IMG/VR virus record: IMGVR_UViG_3300020048_000128
Location: 2,465 to 66,464 of that record
Source of the DNA: a virus
Taxonomy: Duplodnaviria > Caudoviricetes
Reading direction: 5' to 3' (one strand)
DNA length: 64,000 nucleotides
In this document: piece after piece, positions 46,882 to 55,800 of the stretch
How positions within the stretch are numbered: the first letter of the stretch is position 1
How the letters are laid out: every line of letters begins with the position of its first letter
Program-made: the position numbers and the translations under genes
Notes under the pieces: generated by a model
Told to the model about the DNA's origin: nothing
Database searches by the model: none
What the model saw: the letters and a program-made list of their open reading frames with translations, nothing else

Positions 46882-48163
46882 CCCAGCAGTATTCTGCAAT
46901 ACGCCCTGGTACGAGCTGCACATCTATTGGGATGGCAGCTTGGGTATCTGCTGTCAAGAAGATCATAAACTCTATTCAGGCAACGAATACAATATTGCTA
47001 CCATGACTATTGCAGACTGGTTTCAATCTGAGCCAGTGCGCGATTTTAGAAAACGCATTCTTAAGAATTCACACCTTAGCGAATGCCGGCGTTGTTACGC
47101 AGAAGAGGCTGCAGGCGCAACTAGTCGCCGTTTACGAAGTAATCAAAAAAGTGTAATATTCAAACAGGCGTTTCACGAAAGCTTTGAACAAAGCCCCGGC
47201 CGTCAACATTTTGATGACTCGGGCAATACTGATACAATGCCAATTGATTTGCACATTGATCTTGGGAACTTCTGTAATCTAGCTTGCAAAATGTGCAACG
47301 CACAAGCATCTAGTCGTATTGCAGTGCAAGAAGTCAAATGGGGTATTGAGTCTAGCCGGCCATTTGTAGGTAGTAACTGGACTAAAGATCAAACAGTATG
47401 GGACAGTTTCAAGCAGCAGTTGTTGGCTATACCTAGATTGAACAACATTCATTTCATGGGCGGAGAAACCCTGCTAACTGATCGCTTTGAAGATCTGGTG
47501 GATACTTTGATTGCGCACAAGCGATTTGACATATGTCTAAGCTTTGTTACCAACGGTACAGTTTTCAAACCAATGCTGTTGGCCAAGCTGGCGAACTTCA
47601 AGCGAGTGGGCATTGAAGTCAGCATGGAAACAGTAAGTGAGCATAATTCATATGTTCGCCAAGGTACCGACACCGCTCTGGTACTGAGCAACATTGATCG
47701 TTACCAAGCACAGTGCAACGGGTCCAGCATTACTGTGACCATTCGACCAGCAGTGAGCGCATTGACTATTGGTCACTTTGGTGGTTTGTTGGAATATGCA
47801 TTGCGCAAGAAACTTGCAATCAAATCATTGCTGGTAACCACTCCTGGCTTTTTGGATGCACGGATGTTGCCCGCTGAAGTTAAAATTCAATACCTATCCC
47901 AGTACCAGGATATATTGCAGCAGTTAAATGATCTTGAAATACCCAACGGTTTTAACACCAGCGACCCCAACAACTACCGTTTGGTTGTGAAGGAACAGGC
48001 ACAAATGTGCATCAACTTGTTGAACAGTACACTGCCCGATCAGTATCAACAACTGCAACAACAATTGGTAGAGCATTGTAAAAAGTGGGACAAGGTCTAC
48101 CAATACAATGCTAGAACATTGTACCCTGAACTGCAGGTACTATGGGATCAATATGGCTATTGA
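46874..48163 (+). CDS. Radical SAM protein with N-terminal SPASM/twitch-like domain
   Basis: FCNTPW...ICC...CRRC; CNLACKMC; HFMGGET; probable GTG start. Confidence 0.9.
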   Translation: MPNPAVFCNTPWYELHIYWDGSLGICCQEDHKLYSGNEYNIATMTIADWFQSEPVRDFRKRILKNSHLSECRRCYAEEAAGATSRRLRSNQKSVIFKQAFHESFEQSPGRQHFDDSGNTDTMPIDLHIDLGNFCNLACKMCNAQASSRIAVQEVKWGIESSRPFVGSNWTKDQTVWDSFKQQLLAIPRLNNIHFMGGETLLTDRFEDLVDTLIAHKRFDICLSFVTNGTVFKPMLLAKLANFKRVGIEVSMETVSEHNSYVRQGTDTALVLSNIDRYQAQCNGSSITVTIRPAVSALTIGHFGGLLEYALRKKLAIKSLLVTTPGFLDARMLPAEVKIQYLSQYQDILQQLNDLEIPNGFNTSDPNNYRLVVKEQAQMCINLLNSTLPDQYQQLQQQLVEHCKKWDKVYQYNARTLYPELQVLWDQYGY

Positions 48164-48593
48164 ACACTTGGTCAAGATGGCAGTTACTCTGACTCCGAAA
48201 TACAACAAGACTGTGCCACAGGTATTGATTGCAGTACCTGGAAAAGTTTTCCATCATACGCTATCAAAACAACAGCGTATTGAATTAGAATTTACTGCAT
48301 CATCTGGTTGGCTTGAAGTGATATTTTTCAACAAGCCTGAGCTTGATCATGATATGGCAGTGATAGTAGACAGTGTTGAGTTCTTTGGAATTTCTGATCC
48401 AAAGTTTTTATGGCAAGGGGTGTATTGCCCTAATTATCCCGAACCTTGGTACAGCCAGCAGTTGATAAAACCTGAGCCTGTATTGTCAGGAAACAACTAC
48501 GTGGGCTGGAACGGCACTTGGAGACTGGACTTTACTGTTCCTATTTTTACTTGGATGCATCAGATCCAAGGATTAGGTTGGATTTATCAATAA
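48153..48593 (+). CDS. Hypothetical protein
   Basis: Coupled to the radical SAM gene. Confidence 0.7.
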   Translation: MAIEHLVKMAVTLTPKYNKTVPQVLIAVPGKVFHHTLSKQQRIELEFTASSGWLEVIFFNKPELDHDMAVIVDSVEFFGISDPKFLWQGVYCPNYPEPWYSQQLIKPEPVLSGNNYVGWNGTWRLDFTVPIFTWMHQIQGLGWIYQ

Positions 48594-48682
48594 TCCCAGC
48601 TGCGGTGACTGAGTCGTTGCGCTGCACGGGCACGACCAATTTCTTCTAATACTCCATAAACAACAGTAAAAAAGCGTTTCAT
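48587..48682 (-). CDS. 31-aa peptide, DUF1127-like (not in ORF track)
   Basis: MKRFFTVVYGVLEEIGRARAAQRLSHRSWDY; GGAGG RBS; ATGA-coupled. Confidence 0.55.
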   Translation of the reverse strand: MKRFFTVVYGVLEEIGRARAAQRLSHRSWDY

Positions 48683-48837
48683 AGCAAACCTCCACGATTC
48701 ATTTTGGAGTATTGGCGCTCTAGATATTCTACTTCTGCAGCAGAAGTAGGTGAATGAGCAGTGATAAAGCAGTCCAATTGAGACTGATAATTTTTTTCAG
48801 ATAGCCTTGCAAGCCATTTAATAATAGTGGTGAACAT
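48679..48837 (-). CDS. 52-aa peptide, DUF3563-like (not in ORF track)
   Basis: MFTTIIKWLARLSEKNYQSQLDCFITAHSPTSAAEVEYLERQY...; AAGGA RBS; TAAATA at 48857-48862. Confidence 0.6.
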   Translation of the reverse strand: MFTTIIKWLARLSEKNYQSQLDCFITAHSPTSAAEVEYLERQYSKMNRGGLL

Positions 48838-48892
48838 TTTGTGTTTTCCTTCTCAGTATTTACCATTAGTACTAATGGTTTCTACTGATATA

Positions 48893-48975
48893 GTCGTACT
48901 TGAATGTTACAAATTTTTTGGTTGACCAAAAATGCCCAATTTGCTATAATAACAGCATACAAAGCAAAACAGGAG
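48893..48975 (+). repeat. Repeated early promoter/RBS cassette copy 4 (variant)
   Basis: Reverse-orientation palindrome-like site at 48893-48910; TTGACC-17-TATAAT; CAAAGCAAAACAGGAG. Confidence 0.8.
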
Positions 48976-48981
48976 TAGAAC

Positions 48982-49206
48982 ATGATTGCAGAACAGACAC
49001 TGTATAGCACACGACACGGTGGACCATATGATCGTGGTTCAGCCGACAGCTATTACGGTCGTGAATACGATCCTCACTATTTTGTAGGTGATTCATATTC
49101 TAGTACACGCCTTGAACTGGTCGACATGAGTGCAACAGAGATCACAGCCTACACCGCAGGATATCGCGACAACGAAGACAGTGGCAGTCGTAAAAATTGG
49201 GATTAA
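48982..49206 (+). CDS. Conserved hypothetical phage protein
   Basis: HGGPYDRGSADSYYGR. Confidence 0.75.
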   Translation: MIAEQTLYSTRHGGPYDRGSADSYYGREYDPHYFVGDSYSSTRLELVDMSATEITAYTAGYRDNEDSGSRKNWD

Positions 49207-49210
49207 TAGT

Positions 49211-49606
49211 ATGGAACTCACCAAATTCAGTCGCAACAGAATGATGGAATCAGCTACTCACTGGACTGTTCCACGTGAGTACTTTGATCCCTTGTACAAC
49301 TACTTGGTGCATGGTTTTGAGCCGGGAAGCTTCTGGTCAGCAGTGCTTGCCAATGACTTTATGGGTGCTGTTCAGCACTCACATCCTGCCAACAGCCTCC
49401 AAGCTCTGAAGAACACAGTAGGTTGGATCAGGGACAGTTGGCCAGCTGCCACCTACGGTGACTACGAGACTCTCCAAACGTGGATTGCCTTTTTAGGACA
49501 CGACCGCAGACTCTACCTGGAACAAGCTCACTTGATCTATACAGAGCAACAAGAAGTTATGATGGCCTTAAAAAACGTTCGCAGCCACGAGCCTGTCATG
49601 TACTAA
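49211..49606 (+). CDS. Hypothetical protein
   Basis: PGSFWSAVLANDF motif. Confidence 0.7.
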   Translation: MELTKFSRNRMMESATHWTVPREYFDPLYNYLVHGFEPGSFWSAVLANDFMGAVQHSHPANSLQALKNTVGWIRDSWPAATYGDYETLQTWIAFLGHDRRLYLEQAHLIYTEQQEVMMALKNVRSHEPVMY

Positions 49607-49639
49607 AAAGTACTACTTTTGCAGTACCAAACATTTTGG

Positions 49640-49694
49640 TTGACCATAAATGCTCAATTTGCTATAATATACACATAGCAAAGCAAAACAGGAG
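49640..49694 (+). repeat. Repeated early promoter/RBS cassette copy 5
   Basis: TTGACC-17-TATAAT; CATAGCAAAGCAAAACAGGAG. Confidence 0.85.
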
Positions 49695-49700
49695 TTGAAG

Positions 49701-49934
49701 ATGACCCGAGAACTAAAATACTACTTTTACGTCAAACCTGATCGTTCAAATTGGTGGCCAACGGTTGAGAAATGCCAACGCCAACTGTTAAGAGAACTGC
49801 TCAAAGGCGTATCACTAAAACAAGCAAAAGAGTCCATGTTTCAGAGATTTCAAAATGTCAGCAACACACATTGGGATGAATTCTGGCAAGACGTTGTTGG
49901 TGTCCCAATTGAACATGCATGTGTAAGGGGTTGA
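49701..49934 (+). CDS. Hypothetical early protein
   Basis: After the cassette RBS. Confidence 0.7.
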   Translation: MTRELKYYFYVKPDRSNWWPTVEKCQRQLLRELLKGVSLKQAKESMFQRFQNVSNTHWDEFWQDVVGVPIEHACVRG

Positions 49935-49935
49935 A

Positions 49936-50037
49936 ATGAAATTATACTCTGTATCTTGGAGCCAGGCTTACACAGCTTGGCCTGTGGAAAACTTGTCAGC
50001 AGCTCGCGAAGCGATTGCAAGGATTATGAAATTATGA
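49936..50037 (+). CDS. 33-aa peptide (not in ORF track)
   Basis: Fills the gap and is ATGA-coupled to the next gene. Confidence 0.45.
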   Translation: MKLYSVSWSQAYTAWPVENLSAAREAIARIMKL

Positions 50038-50243
50038 AAATCAAAGCATTACCAATCCGAGCAGGAGAAATTGTTTCTTTCCCTGTTTACCGTAAACGCA
50101 CACTTGTGCCTATGGGTCGTGTAGTGGGCGAAGTACTCAAGGTAAATCGTGTTAATATGTACATTCGCGAAGACACCGGCATTAACTATCGATTCTACAC
50201 TGTGTTTAAAAACAATGTTCGACGATGCAAGGAAGCAGTATGA
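50034..50243 (+). CDS. Hypothetical protein (SH3-like)
   Basis: Coupled ORF. Confidence 0.6.
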   Translation: MKIKALPIRAGEIVSFPVYRKRTLVPMGRVVGEVLKVNRVNMYIREDTGINYRFYTVFKNNVRRCKEAV

Positions 50244-50596
50244 AATGGTTTGCTGAAACAACTGACTACAAGGACAAGGTGCCCAACGGCATTTACTTGC
50301 TGGATGACAGCAAGACCAAGATGTATGCGTTCAAGCCCCGCGGCGCAGACGACATCAAAACGTTCAAAAACTTTATCCGCATTGATACCCGTGGCCGCAA
50401 GTTTGTGGTCAATCCTGTGCAGTTTGCAACTGGCTTGAAAGAACCTGAACCCGAAGGTCGTTTCTGGATTGTGAAAGGCAGCAAAGGCGATGAGTATAAA
50501 GTCACAGAACTCAATGGTAATTACTCTTGCACTTGCTCAGGATTCAAATTTCGGGGCAAGTGCAAGCACGAAGAAACTATATCAGTGGCAGTATAA
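50240..50596 (+). CDS. SWIM zinc-finger protein
   Basis: CTCSGFKFRGKCKH (CxC...CxH). Confidence 0.85.
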   Translation: MKWFAETTDYKDKVPNGIYLLDDSKTKMYAFKPRGADDIKTFKNFIRIDTRGRKFVVNPVQFATGLKEPEPEGRFWIVKGSKGDEYKVTELNGNYSCTCSGFKFRGKCKHEETISVAV

Positions 50597-50750
50597 CGGA
50601 GTAGCATCCTGGTCAGATATCACTGAATGGTGTTATCATAATCTCTACCATGGTGGCAACTACGAGCCCAATTGGTATACCAACAACCAGGATACTTTTT
50701 ATTTCAAAGATCCAAAAGAATATACCATGTTCTTGTTGAAGTGGTCATGA
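50490..50750 (+). CDS. Small LRW-family protein (start uncertain)
   Basis: Ends FYFKDPKEYTMFLLKWS. Confidence 0.5.
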   Translation: MSIKSQNSMVITLALAQDSNFGASASTKKLYQWQYNGVASWSDITEWCYHNLYHGGNYEPNWYTNNQDTFYFKDPKEYTMFLLKWS

Positions 50751-50923
50751 TGGAAACTGAATTGATTGAAATAATTGTAGGTGCGGTGCCCAAAAAGCGT
50801 GAAGAAATGATTGCATGGGCAGTTGAAACATTTGGCAACAAAGTTGAACCGCACGAAAGTTTGCCCATACTGTACTTTCATGATCTTGGGGATGCAGAAT
50901 GGTTTGTGATGAGGTGGACATGA
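50747..50923 (+). CDS. Small LRW-family protein
   Basis: Ends LYFHDLGDAEWFVMRWT. Confidence 0.7.
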   Translation: MMETELIEIIVGAVPKKREEMIAWAVETFGNKVEPHESLPILYFHDLGDAEWFVMRWT

Positions 50924-51102
50924 CTGTGACAATTCCTTATGATAGTACCTGGCCAGCTTTAAACTGGGCTAAACAGAATTGTCCCAGCTATATCACCAAT
51001 GATGTTCACATGAACGGGTACAACACATATGATGATACCAAGATTGATTATCATTTTGCTGACGAGAAAGATGCTGTGATGTTCACTTTGAGGTGGACAT
51101 GA
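50920..51102 (+). CDS. Small LRW-family protein
   Basis: Ends YHFADEKDAVMFTLRWT. Confidence 0.75.
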   Translation: MTVTIPYDSTWPALNWAKQNCPSYITNDVHMNGYNTYDDTKIDYHFADEKDAVMFTLRWT

Positions 51103-51329
51103 ATCAAGATGTTTTTGCTGAGTGGAAAAAGCAAAGGTTCATTAGTGTAGATCCTGACCTTGTTGATTCCACTGCAATATTGGTGATACTAACGGATATA
51201 GAATTCTGGACACAAAATTCAGACCAACTGTATGAGTGGTGCAATACACACGGTGCAGTTATTATTGGAATGGGTGTGGAGTTCAAAACCAAACAAGACC
51301 TGATCTTGTTTACATTGAGGTGGTCATGA
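51099..51329 (+). CDS. Small LRW-family protein
   Basis: Ends VEFKTKQDLILFTLRWS. Confidence 0.75.
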   Translation: MNQDVFAEWKKQRFISVDPDLVDSTAILVILTDIEFWTQNSDQLYEWCNTHGAVIIGMGVEFKTKQDLILFTLRWS

Positions 51330-51592
51330 CAGTATCTCGTAACGGTGTTCCCCGAATAACGGCCAAGTCCAAAGACCCTTCGCCTATTCCTACATATAAA
51401 ATACTAGACAAAGCTCTAGTAGATAACGAGCAGTGGTATACTGTTCGTGTTTATTGTGTGCCAATCATGACATGGGCTAGAGCTAGTAATCGAGACTGGT
51501 GGTACGAACATCCGAACAACGGCCGAGATGGGATTATATTTGACATGCATGAAAAATTGTTTACTATGCTTTCTTTGAGGTGGGGTCAATGA
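51326..51592 (+). CDS. Small LRW-family protein
   Basis: Ends FDMHEKLFTMLSLRWGQ. Confidence 0.7.
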   Translation: MTVSRNGVPRITAKSKDPSPIPTYKILDKALVDNEQWYTVRVYCVPIMTWARASNRDWWYEHPNNGRDGIIFDMHEKLFTMLSLRWGQ

Positions 51593-51807
51593 ATTCAAAG
51601 CAACGACGAGCAGATCGCAAACGCTGGAAGTACACTGTGTCAATCAACGAACGCAGATCCTTCTTGGATTATGATAACATGTATGATTGGTGTGTGACCA
51701 ATTTTAAGAACACCGGCGACTGGCGCGAAAAACACGGCCATTTTGGCACTTGTTGGCAGTTTGTTGATTCTGACAAGGCCACTGCATTTGCTTTAAGGTG
51801 GGTATAA
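51589..51807 (+). CDS. Small LRW-family protein
   Basis: Ends WQFVDSDKATAFALRWV. Confidence 0.75.
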   Translation: MNSKQRRADRKRWKYTVSINERRSFLDYDNMYDWCVTNFKNTGDWREKHGHFGTCWQFVDSDKATAFALRWV

Positions 51808-51808
51808 C

Positions 51809-51828
51809 AAAGCCCCTTTCGGGGCTTT
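51809..51828. terminator. Bidirectional terminator
   Basis: AAAGCCCC-TTTC-GGGGCTTT between convergent genes. Confidence 0.8.
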
Positions 51829-51832
51829 GATT

Positions 51833-52060
51833 TTAGTTATCGCTTACAAACTTGTTGAGTTCTTCGGCCTTGCTGATAATATCCGCACTGGACGGAAAAT
51901 CTGGCATGGTTGGATAAGGCAGCGTGCCGCGATTGGCATCGTTCAGTTTGGAATGGTATTCGTCACTGAGTGATTCGCGAGTTTGATAGATTGGCGCTTG
52001 AAGGATTTCTTTGGCCAGAGTGAGAAGTTCGAGACGGATCTCGTAAGGTGTTTTGCTCAT
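51833..52060 (-). CDS. Conserved hypothetical phage protein
   Basis: MSKTPYEIRLELL...; AGGAG RBS; leader hairpin. Confidence 0.8.
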   Translation of the reverse strand: MSKTPYEIRLELLTLAKEILQAPIYQTRESLSDEYHSKLNDANRGTLPYPTMPDFPSSADIISKAEELNKFVSDN

Positions 52061-52178
52061 GTTTTTCTCCTGTGTAATGTGTGTGTAATGTTGCCCTGCC
52101 CTTTGCAGGACAAGATTGCTACACGAGCAAGTTTACTTAGTGTTCGGCAAATGTGCTCAAATATTTTTGTTCAATATC

Positions 52179-52209
52179 TGTTGCAATGTATTGCAACACC
52201 TAGTACAAT
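52179..52209 (+). promoter_or_regulatory. Promoter overlapped by a perfect 9-bp inverted repeat
   Basis: TGTTGCAAT-GT-ATTGCAACA; TTGCAA-17-TACAAT. Confidence 0.65.
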
Positions 52210-52266
52210 AGTCACATGCTGTACAGAACAGCATCTTTTTAACTTAACCAATCTTAGGAGATTACT

Positions 52267-52533
52267 ATGCGTTTCAATGAAGACACCAAAACTTTCAAAC
52301 TGTTCACAGCCTTGCGCACTGGCGAAGCTATCACTCCCGCTGCCGCTGCCAAGCGTTTCGGTATCAAGAACATCAGTGCTGAAGTCAGCCGCGTTCGTCA
52401 AGGTGGTTTTGCAGTATATGCAAACACCCGTATGGCTGGCAACGGCGTCAAGGTTACTGAATACCAAATGGGCAAGCCAAGTCGCAAGATCGTGGCAGCT
52501 GGCTACAAGGCCATGGCACTTGGCATCGTTTAA
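52267..52533 (+). CDS. Small winged-HTH DNA-binding protein
   Basis: LRTGEAITPAAAAKRFGIKNISAEVSRVRQGG; AGGAG RBS. Confidence 0.7.
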   Translation: MRFNEDTKTFKLFTALRTGEAITPAAAAKRFGIKNISAEVSRVRQGGFAVYANTRMAGNGVKVTEYQMGKPSRKIVAAGYKAMALGIV

Positions 52534-52550
52534 TTAGGTTTGACCTAATC

Positions 52551-52579
52551 AAAAGCCCGCCAGACTGGCGGGCTTTTTC
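52551..52579 (+). terminator. Rho-independent terminator
   Basis: AAAAGCCCGCC-AGACT-GGCGGGCTTTT. Confidence 0.88.
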
Positions 52580-52608
52580 TTGACCAATTATCCTGCATCG
52601 TGTATAAT
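52580..52608 (+). promoter_or_regulatory. sigma70-type promoter
   Basis: TTGACC-17-TATAAT. Confidence 0.8.
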
Positions 52609-52628
52609 ACACATGTAAAGGAGATAGT

Positions 52629-53081
52629 ATGTTTCTAAAACTACTGGAAAAATTGGGTCGCAAACGTATCGTTTACGATCGCGTGGACAACGAGCCCTAT
52701 CTGGAACGCTACTACCTGTTTCTCAAAGAGCGAGAGCGTTTCCCCTTCAATGTGTTCTTGCATAAGTTTTTAAAATCAGATCCTGACGATGTGCATGATC
52801 ATCCCTGGCCCTTTGCTACACTGATCCTGCGAGGTGGCTACTGGGAGTGGCGTCCACAGTTCAACAGCAAGGGTGAAAAGGTTGGCGAAATCGCCAAGTG
52901 GTGCGGCCCTGGCAGCTTTAGAACTGCCGGTGCGAAAACATATCACCGCATTGAACTAGACCCCTCAGTAACTTGCTGGACCTTGTTTGTGCCCGGACCC
53001 AAGCAACGAGACTGGGGCTTTTTGGTCAAGAATGTGTGGGTGCAGTGGGAACAATATTTGAAACAAAGGAAAGCAGCATGA
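52629..53081 (+). CDS. Cupin-fold phage protein
   Basis: LHKFLKSD..DVHDHPW...GGYWE...HRIEL. Confidence 0.75.
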   Translation: MFLKLLEKLGRKRIVYDRVDNEPYLERYYLFLKERERFPFNVFLHKFLKSDPDDVHDHPWPFATLILRGGYWEWRPQFNSKGEKVGEIAKWCGPGSFRTAGAKTYHRIELDPSVTCWTLFVPGPKQRDWGFLVKNVWVQWEQYLKQRKAA

Positions 53082-53371
53082 ACTGGCTCAAACGACGACT
53101 TCGCAACTGGCTGAACGAACATGAAGAAGATGCTCCGGAAACAGTCTACGCAACCAGATCAAAGAATCAACTGGTTGCTCGCAGTGACATAGACAGTGAA
53201 GATGGACTTAGTATCACTGTGCGCAACGCAATTGGTGGCCGCATTGTAACGTTCCGACACTATGATCGCAAAACAGACCGAAGCAATCATAAATTATATA
53301 TTGTGCCCGAAGATCAAGACTTTGAACGCGAACTGGGCAAGATGATCACACTGGAAAGCATGCGAGGTTGA
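53078..53371 (+). CDS. Hypothetical protein
   Basis: ATGA-coupled. Confidence 0.7.
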   Translation: MNWLKRRLRNWLNEHEEDAPETVYATRSKNQLVARSDIDSEDGLSITVRNAIGGRIVTFRHYDRKTDRSNHKLYIVPEDQDFERELGKMITLESMRG

Positions 53372-53372
53372 T

Positions 53373-53705
53373 ATGGACTATGTTGTTGTTTTTATTCTGG
53401 GCATGGCGGCAACTATGCTGATCCTGAAATGGACCGTGCGACGGGCCATTGATCGTATCACAGCTCAAATGGTCCGAGAAGATGGGCCAAATGAAGGAAC
53501 TAACATCGAGCTCAAACTAGAGTTTGATCAGAATACTTATTTCACGTATAATACAGTAAACAATCAGTTTGTTTGCCAGGGCTCTTCAGTGCAACAGTTA
53601 CGTGAGCGCTTGAGTGAAATGTTTCCGGGGCAAACAGCTACTATTGTAGAAGGTGATCCAGTGATACTGGCCGCTATGAAACAAGAACTTGAACGAACAA
53701 AATGA
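53373..53705 (+). CDS. Hypothetical protein with N-terminal TM
   Basis: GAGG RBS. Confidence 0.7.
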   Translation: MDYVVVFILGMAATMLILKWTVRRAIDRITAQMVREDGPNEGTNIELKLEFDQNTYFTYNTVNNQFVCQGSSVQQLRERLSEMFPGQTATIVEGDPVILAAMKQELERTK

Positions 53706-54625
53706 AAATAGCAGTAGCATCAGACCTACACCTTGAGTTTGGGGACTTGGATTTTGACAACAGCGACGGTGCTGATGTTCTAATCCTCAGCGGCGACATC
53801 ATGGTGGCTGCAGACTTGGCTCAACATGATCCGTACAATCTCATGGGCGAGCACTATCGCAGCAATCGATTCCAAAACTTCTTTGAACGGTGCTGCGCTC
53901 AATTCCCCCATGTGATTTATATCATGGGCAACCATGAACACTATAATGGCGACTTTGCCAAGACACTTGAGCACGTTAAAAGCATGCTCGGTAGACTCCG
54001 AAACTTGCACATTCTTGAGCGCGAGATGGTGGTGATCAACGATGTATATTTTGTGGGCGGCACACTGTGGACTGACATGAATCGCGAAGATCCTCTTACA
54101 TTGTATCACATGACCAAGATGATGAACGACTTCCGCTGTGTAAAAAACAGCGCTCGTGAAGTACATTTCAAGGCACGTGTGCCTGTGGACAAGCCAGTGG
54201 GCATGACTGACCAGGAGTGGATTGATTCCGACATCAACGGTCGCACTCGTGAAGTGTTTAAAACACGCGAAGCAACGTTCTGCCCTGAAGATGCTGTAGC
54301 TGAGTTCAAACTCACCGTGTCCTACCTAAAGCTGATGTTGGAAACACATCGTGACAAGAAGTTTGTGATGTGTGGACATCATGCTCCAAGTGGACAAAGC
54401 ACTCATGAGCAGTACAAACATGACACCATCATGAACGGCGGATACTCAAGTAACTTGGAAGATTTTATTCTTGACCAAGAGAATCTGGTGCTGTGGACAC
54501 ACGGACATACACATCACCCGTTTGATTATCAAGTTGGGCAGTGCCGAATTGTGTGCAACCCTCGCGGTTATCACGGACACGAAGAACAAAGCCGTAACTG
54601 GCAACTGCAAACAGTGGAGATTTGA
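53702..54625 (+). CDS. Calcineurin-like metallophosphoesterase (second copy)
   Basis: SDLH, SGD, GNHEHY, HHAPS, HGHTH, NPRGY. Confidence 0.92.
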   Translation: MKIAVASDLHLEFGDLDFDNSDGADVLILSGDIMVAADLAQHDPYNLMGEHYRSNRFQNFFERCCAQFPHVIYIMGNHEHYNGDFAKTLEHVKSMLGRLRNLHILEREMVVINDVYFVGGTLWTDMNREDPLTLYHMTKMMNDFRCVKNSAREVHFKARVPVDKPVGMTDQEWIDSDINGRTREVFKTREATFCPEDAVAEFKLTVSYLKLMLETHRDKKFVMCGHHAPSGQSTHEQYKHDTIMNGGYSSNLEDFILDQENLVLWTHGHTHHPFDYQVGQCRIVCNPRGYHGHEEQSRNWQLQTVEI

Positions 54626-54879
54626 TGAGCAACCAAGAAACCCCGGCAAAAGGACAACGTGGTATCCTGATATCAGGATTCGGCGGCAGAGTGTACTTTA
54701 GGCAGTACAGTGCAGATCATGAGTTTGTGGACTACGAAGTCACCCACTATGATGTGGAAATCGAAATCTTGGACCCAAGTGCTGCCCTGTTCCGAACAGA
54801 GCGTGGCGATTTCTTGGACTATACATCGGAGAGCATGAATGTCGTACCGAAAAGTGACGCTGAGCCGACATCAGATTGA
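54625..54879 (+). CDS. Hypothetical protein
   Basis: Coupled ORF. Confidence 0.65.
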   Translation: MSNQETPAKGQRGILISGFGGRVYFRQYSADHEFVDYEVTHYDVEIEILDPSAALFRTERGDFLDYTSESMNVVPKSDAEPTSD

Positions 54880-55030
54880 GCGGCTTGCAGTGTTTCTGGC
54901 CTTGCAACAAAATGTAAAAAGTGTTACAATAGAAGAAACAAACGAATCAGGCATTGGCTTGAGCCACGCTGCGATTTATCATGGACATGATGATCTTGTA
55001 GATGACATAACAGACGTAGGAAATTGGTAA
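54839..55030 (+). CDS. Hypothetical protein
   Basis: 63-aa ORF. Confidence 0.55.
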   Translation: MSYRKVTLSRHQIERLAVFLALQQNVKSVTIEETNESGIGLSHAAIYHGHDDLVDDITDVGNW

Positions 55031-55770
55031 TGAAAATATATCTAGGCAAACCCCGAGATCATTGGATCTCACCGTACACCATGTTGGACTACATGTTCTT
55101 TTGGGCTGACTGGTCAAAATGCAGTCGAGACAAGAGCCTGCAACGCACTCTTGACGACCTTGAAGCAGTCAAAGACGGTGGCAAAAGTTCCTATGTAGAG
55201 CGCCCCGAGTGGGTAGAAAAAGCCAGCGACTATCTTGTGCCCGTTAGCCAAGCAATCGCCTGGGTATTGGATCGAGTGCATCCTGAAATCAAGATTGTCA
55301 AGATTGACTACTGGGATACATGGAGCATGGACCATACTCTGAGCCCCATTATCCTGCCCATGCTCAAGCAACTCAAAGAAAAGAAACACGGTAGCCCGTT
55401 TGTGGACGACGAAGACGTGCCCGAACACCTGCGTAGCACAGCCGCAGAACCCAAAGAAAACGATTGGGATACTGATTCCAACCACTTCTTGCGTTGGGAT
55501 TGGGCCATGAGTGAAATGATCTTTGCATTTGAGTGCAAGGTAGACGATAGTTGGGAAGATGCTTTTCGTTCAGGCGAACATGATATTGTGTGGAAACCTG
55601 TAGACGCAGATGGCAATCCAGTGCCCAAAGGCGAGCACAAGTACTACCAAATGGACAAAGGTCCCAAAGACACTTACCAATGTGATTATGATGCCATGCA
55701 GGTGGTGGAAGCTCGAATCCAAAACGGCTTCCGCTTGTTTGGTAAGTACTACCAGGCTCTTTGGGATTGA
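55030..55770 (+). CDS. Conserved hypothetical phage protein
   Basis: DTWSMDHTL...RWDWAMSEMIFAF...GFRLFGKYYQALWD. Confidence 0.8.
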   Translation: MKIYLGKPRDHWISPYTMLDYMFFWADWSKCSRDKSLQRTLDDLEAVKDGGKSSYVERPEWVEKASDYLVPVSQAIAWVLDRVHPEIKIVKIDYWDTWSMDHTLSPIILPMLKQLKEKKHGSPFVDDEDVPEHLRSTAAEPKENDWDTDSNHFLRWDWAMSEMIFAFECKVDDSWEDAFRSGEHDIVWKPVDADGNPVPKGEHKYYQMDKGPKDTYQCDYDAMQVVEARIQNGFRLFGKYYQALWD

Positions 55771-55795
55771 CCATTAATTCAACTAGTGTTACAAT
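55767..55795 (+). promoter_or_regulatory. sigma70-type promoter
   Basis: TTGACC-17-TACAAT. Confidence 0.7.
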
Positions 55796-55800
55796 AGTAT

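Noticed and set aside
46874-48593. RiPP biosynthetic cluster
   Set aside because: No precursor peptide, RRE domain or transporter is evident next to either radical SAM gene.
21547-49694. CRISPR array from the repeated CATAGCAAAGCAAAACAGGAG
   Set aside because: The copies are hundreds to thousands of bases apart, each is a promoter/RBS, there are no regular spacers, and no cas genes are present.
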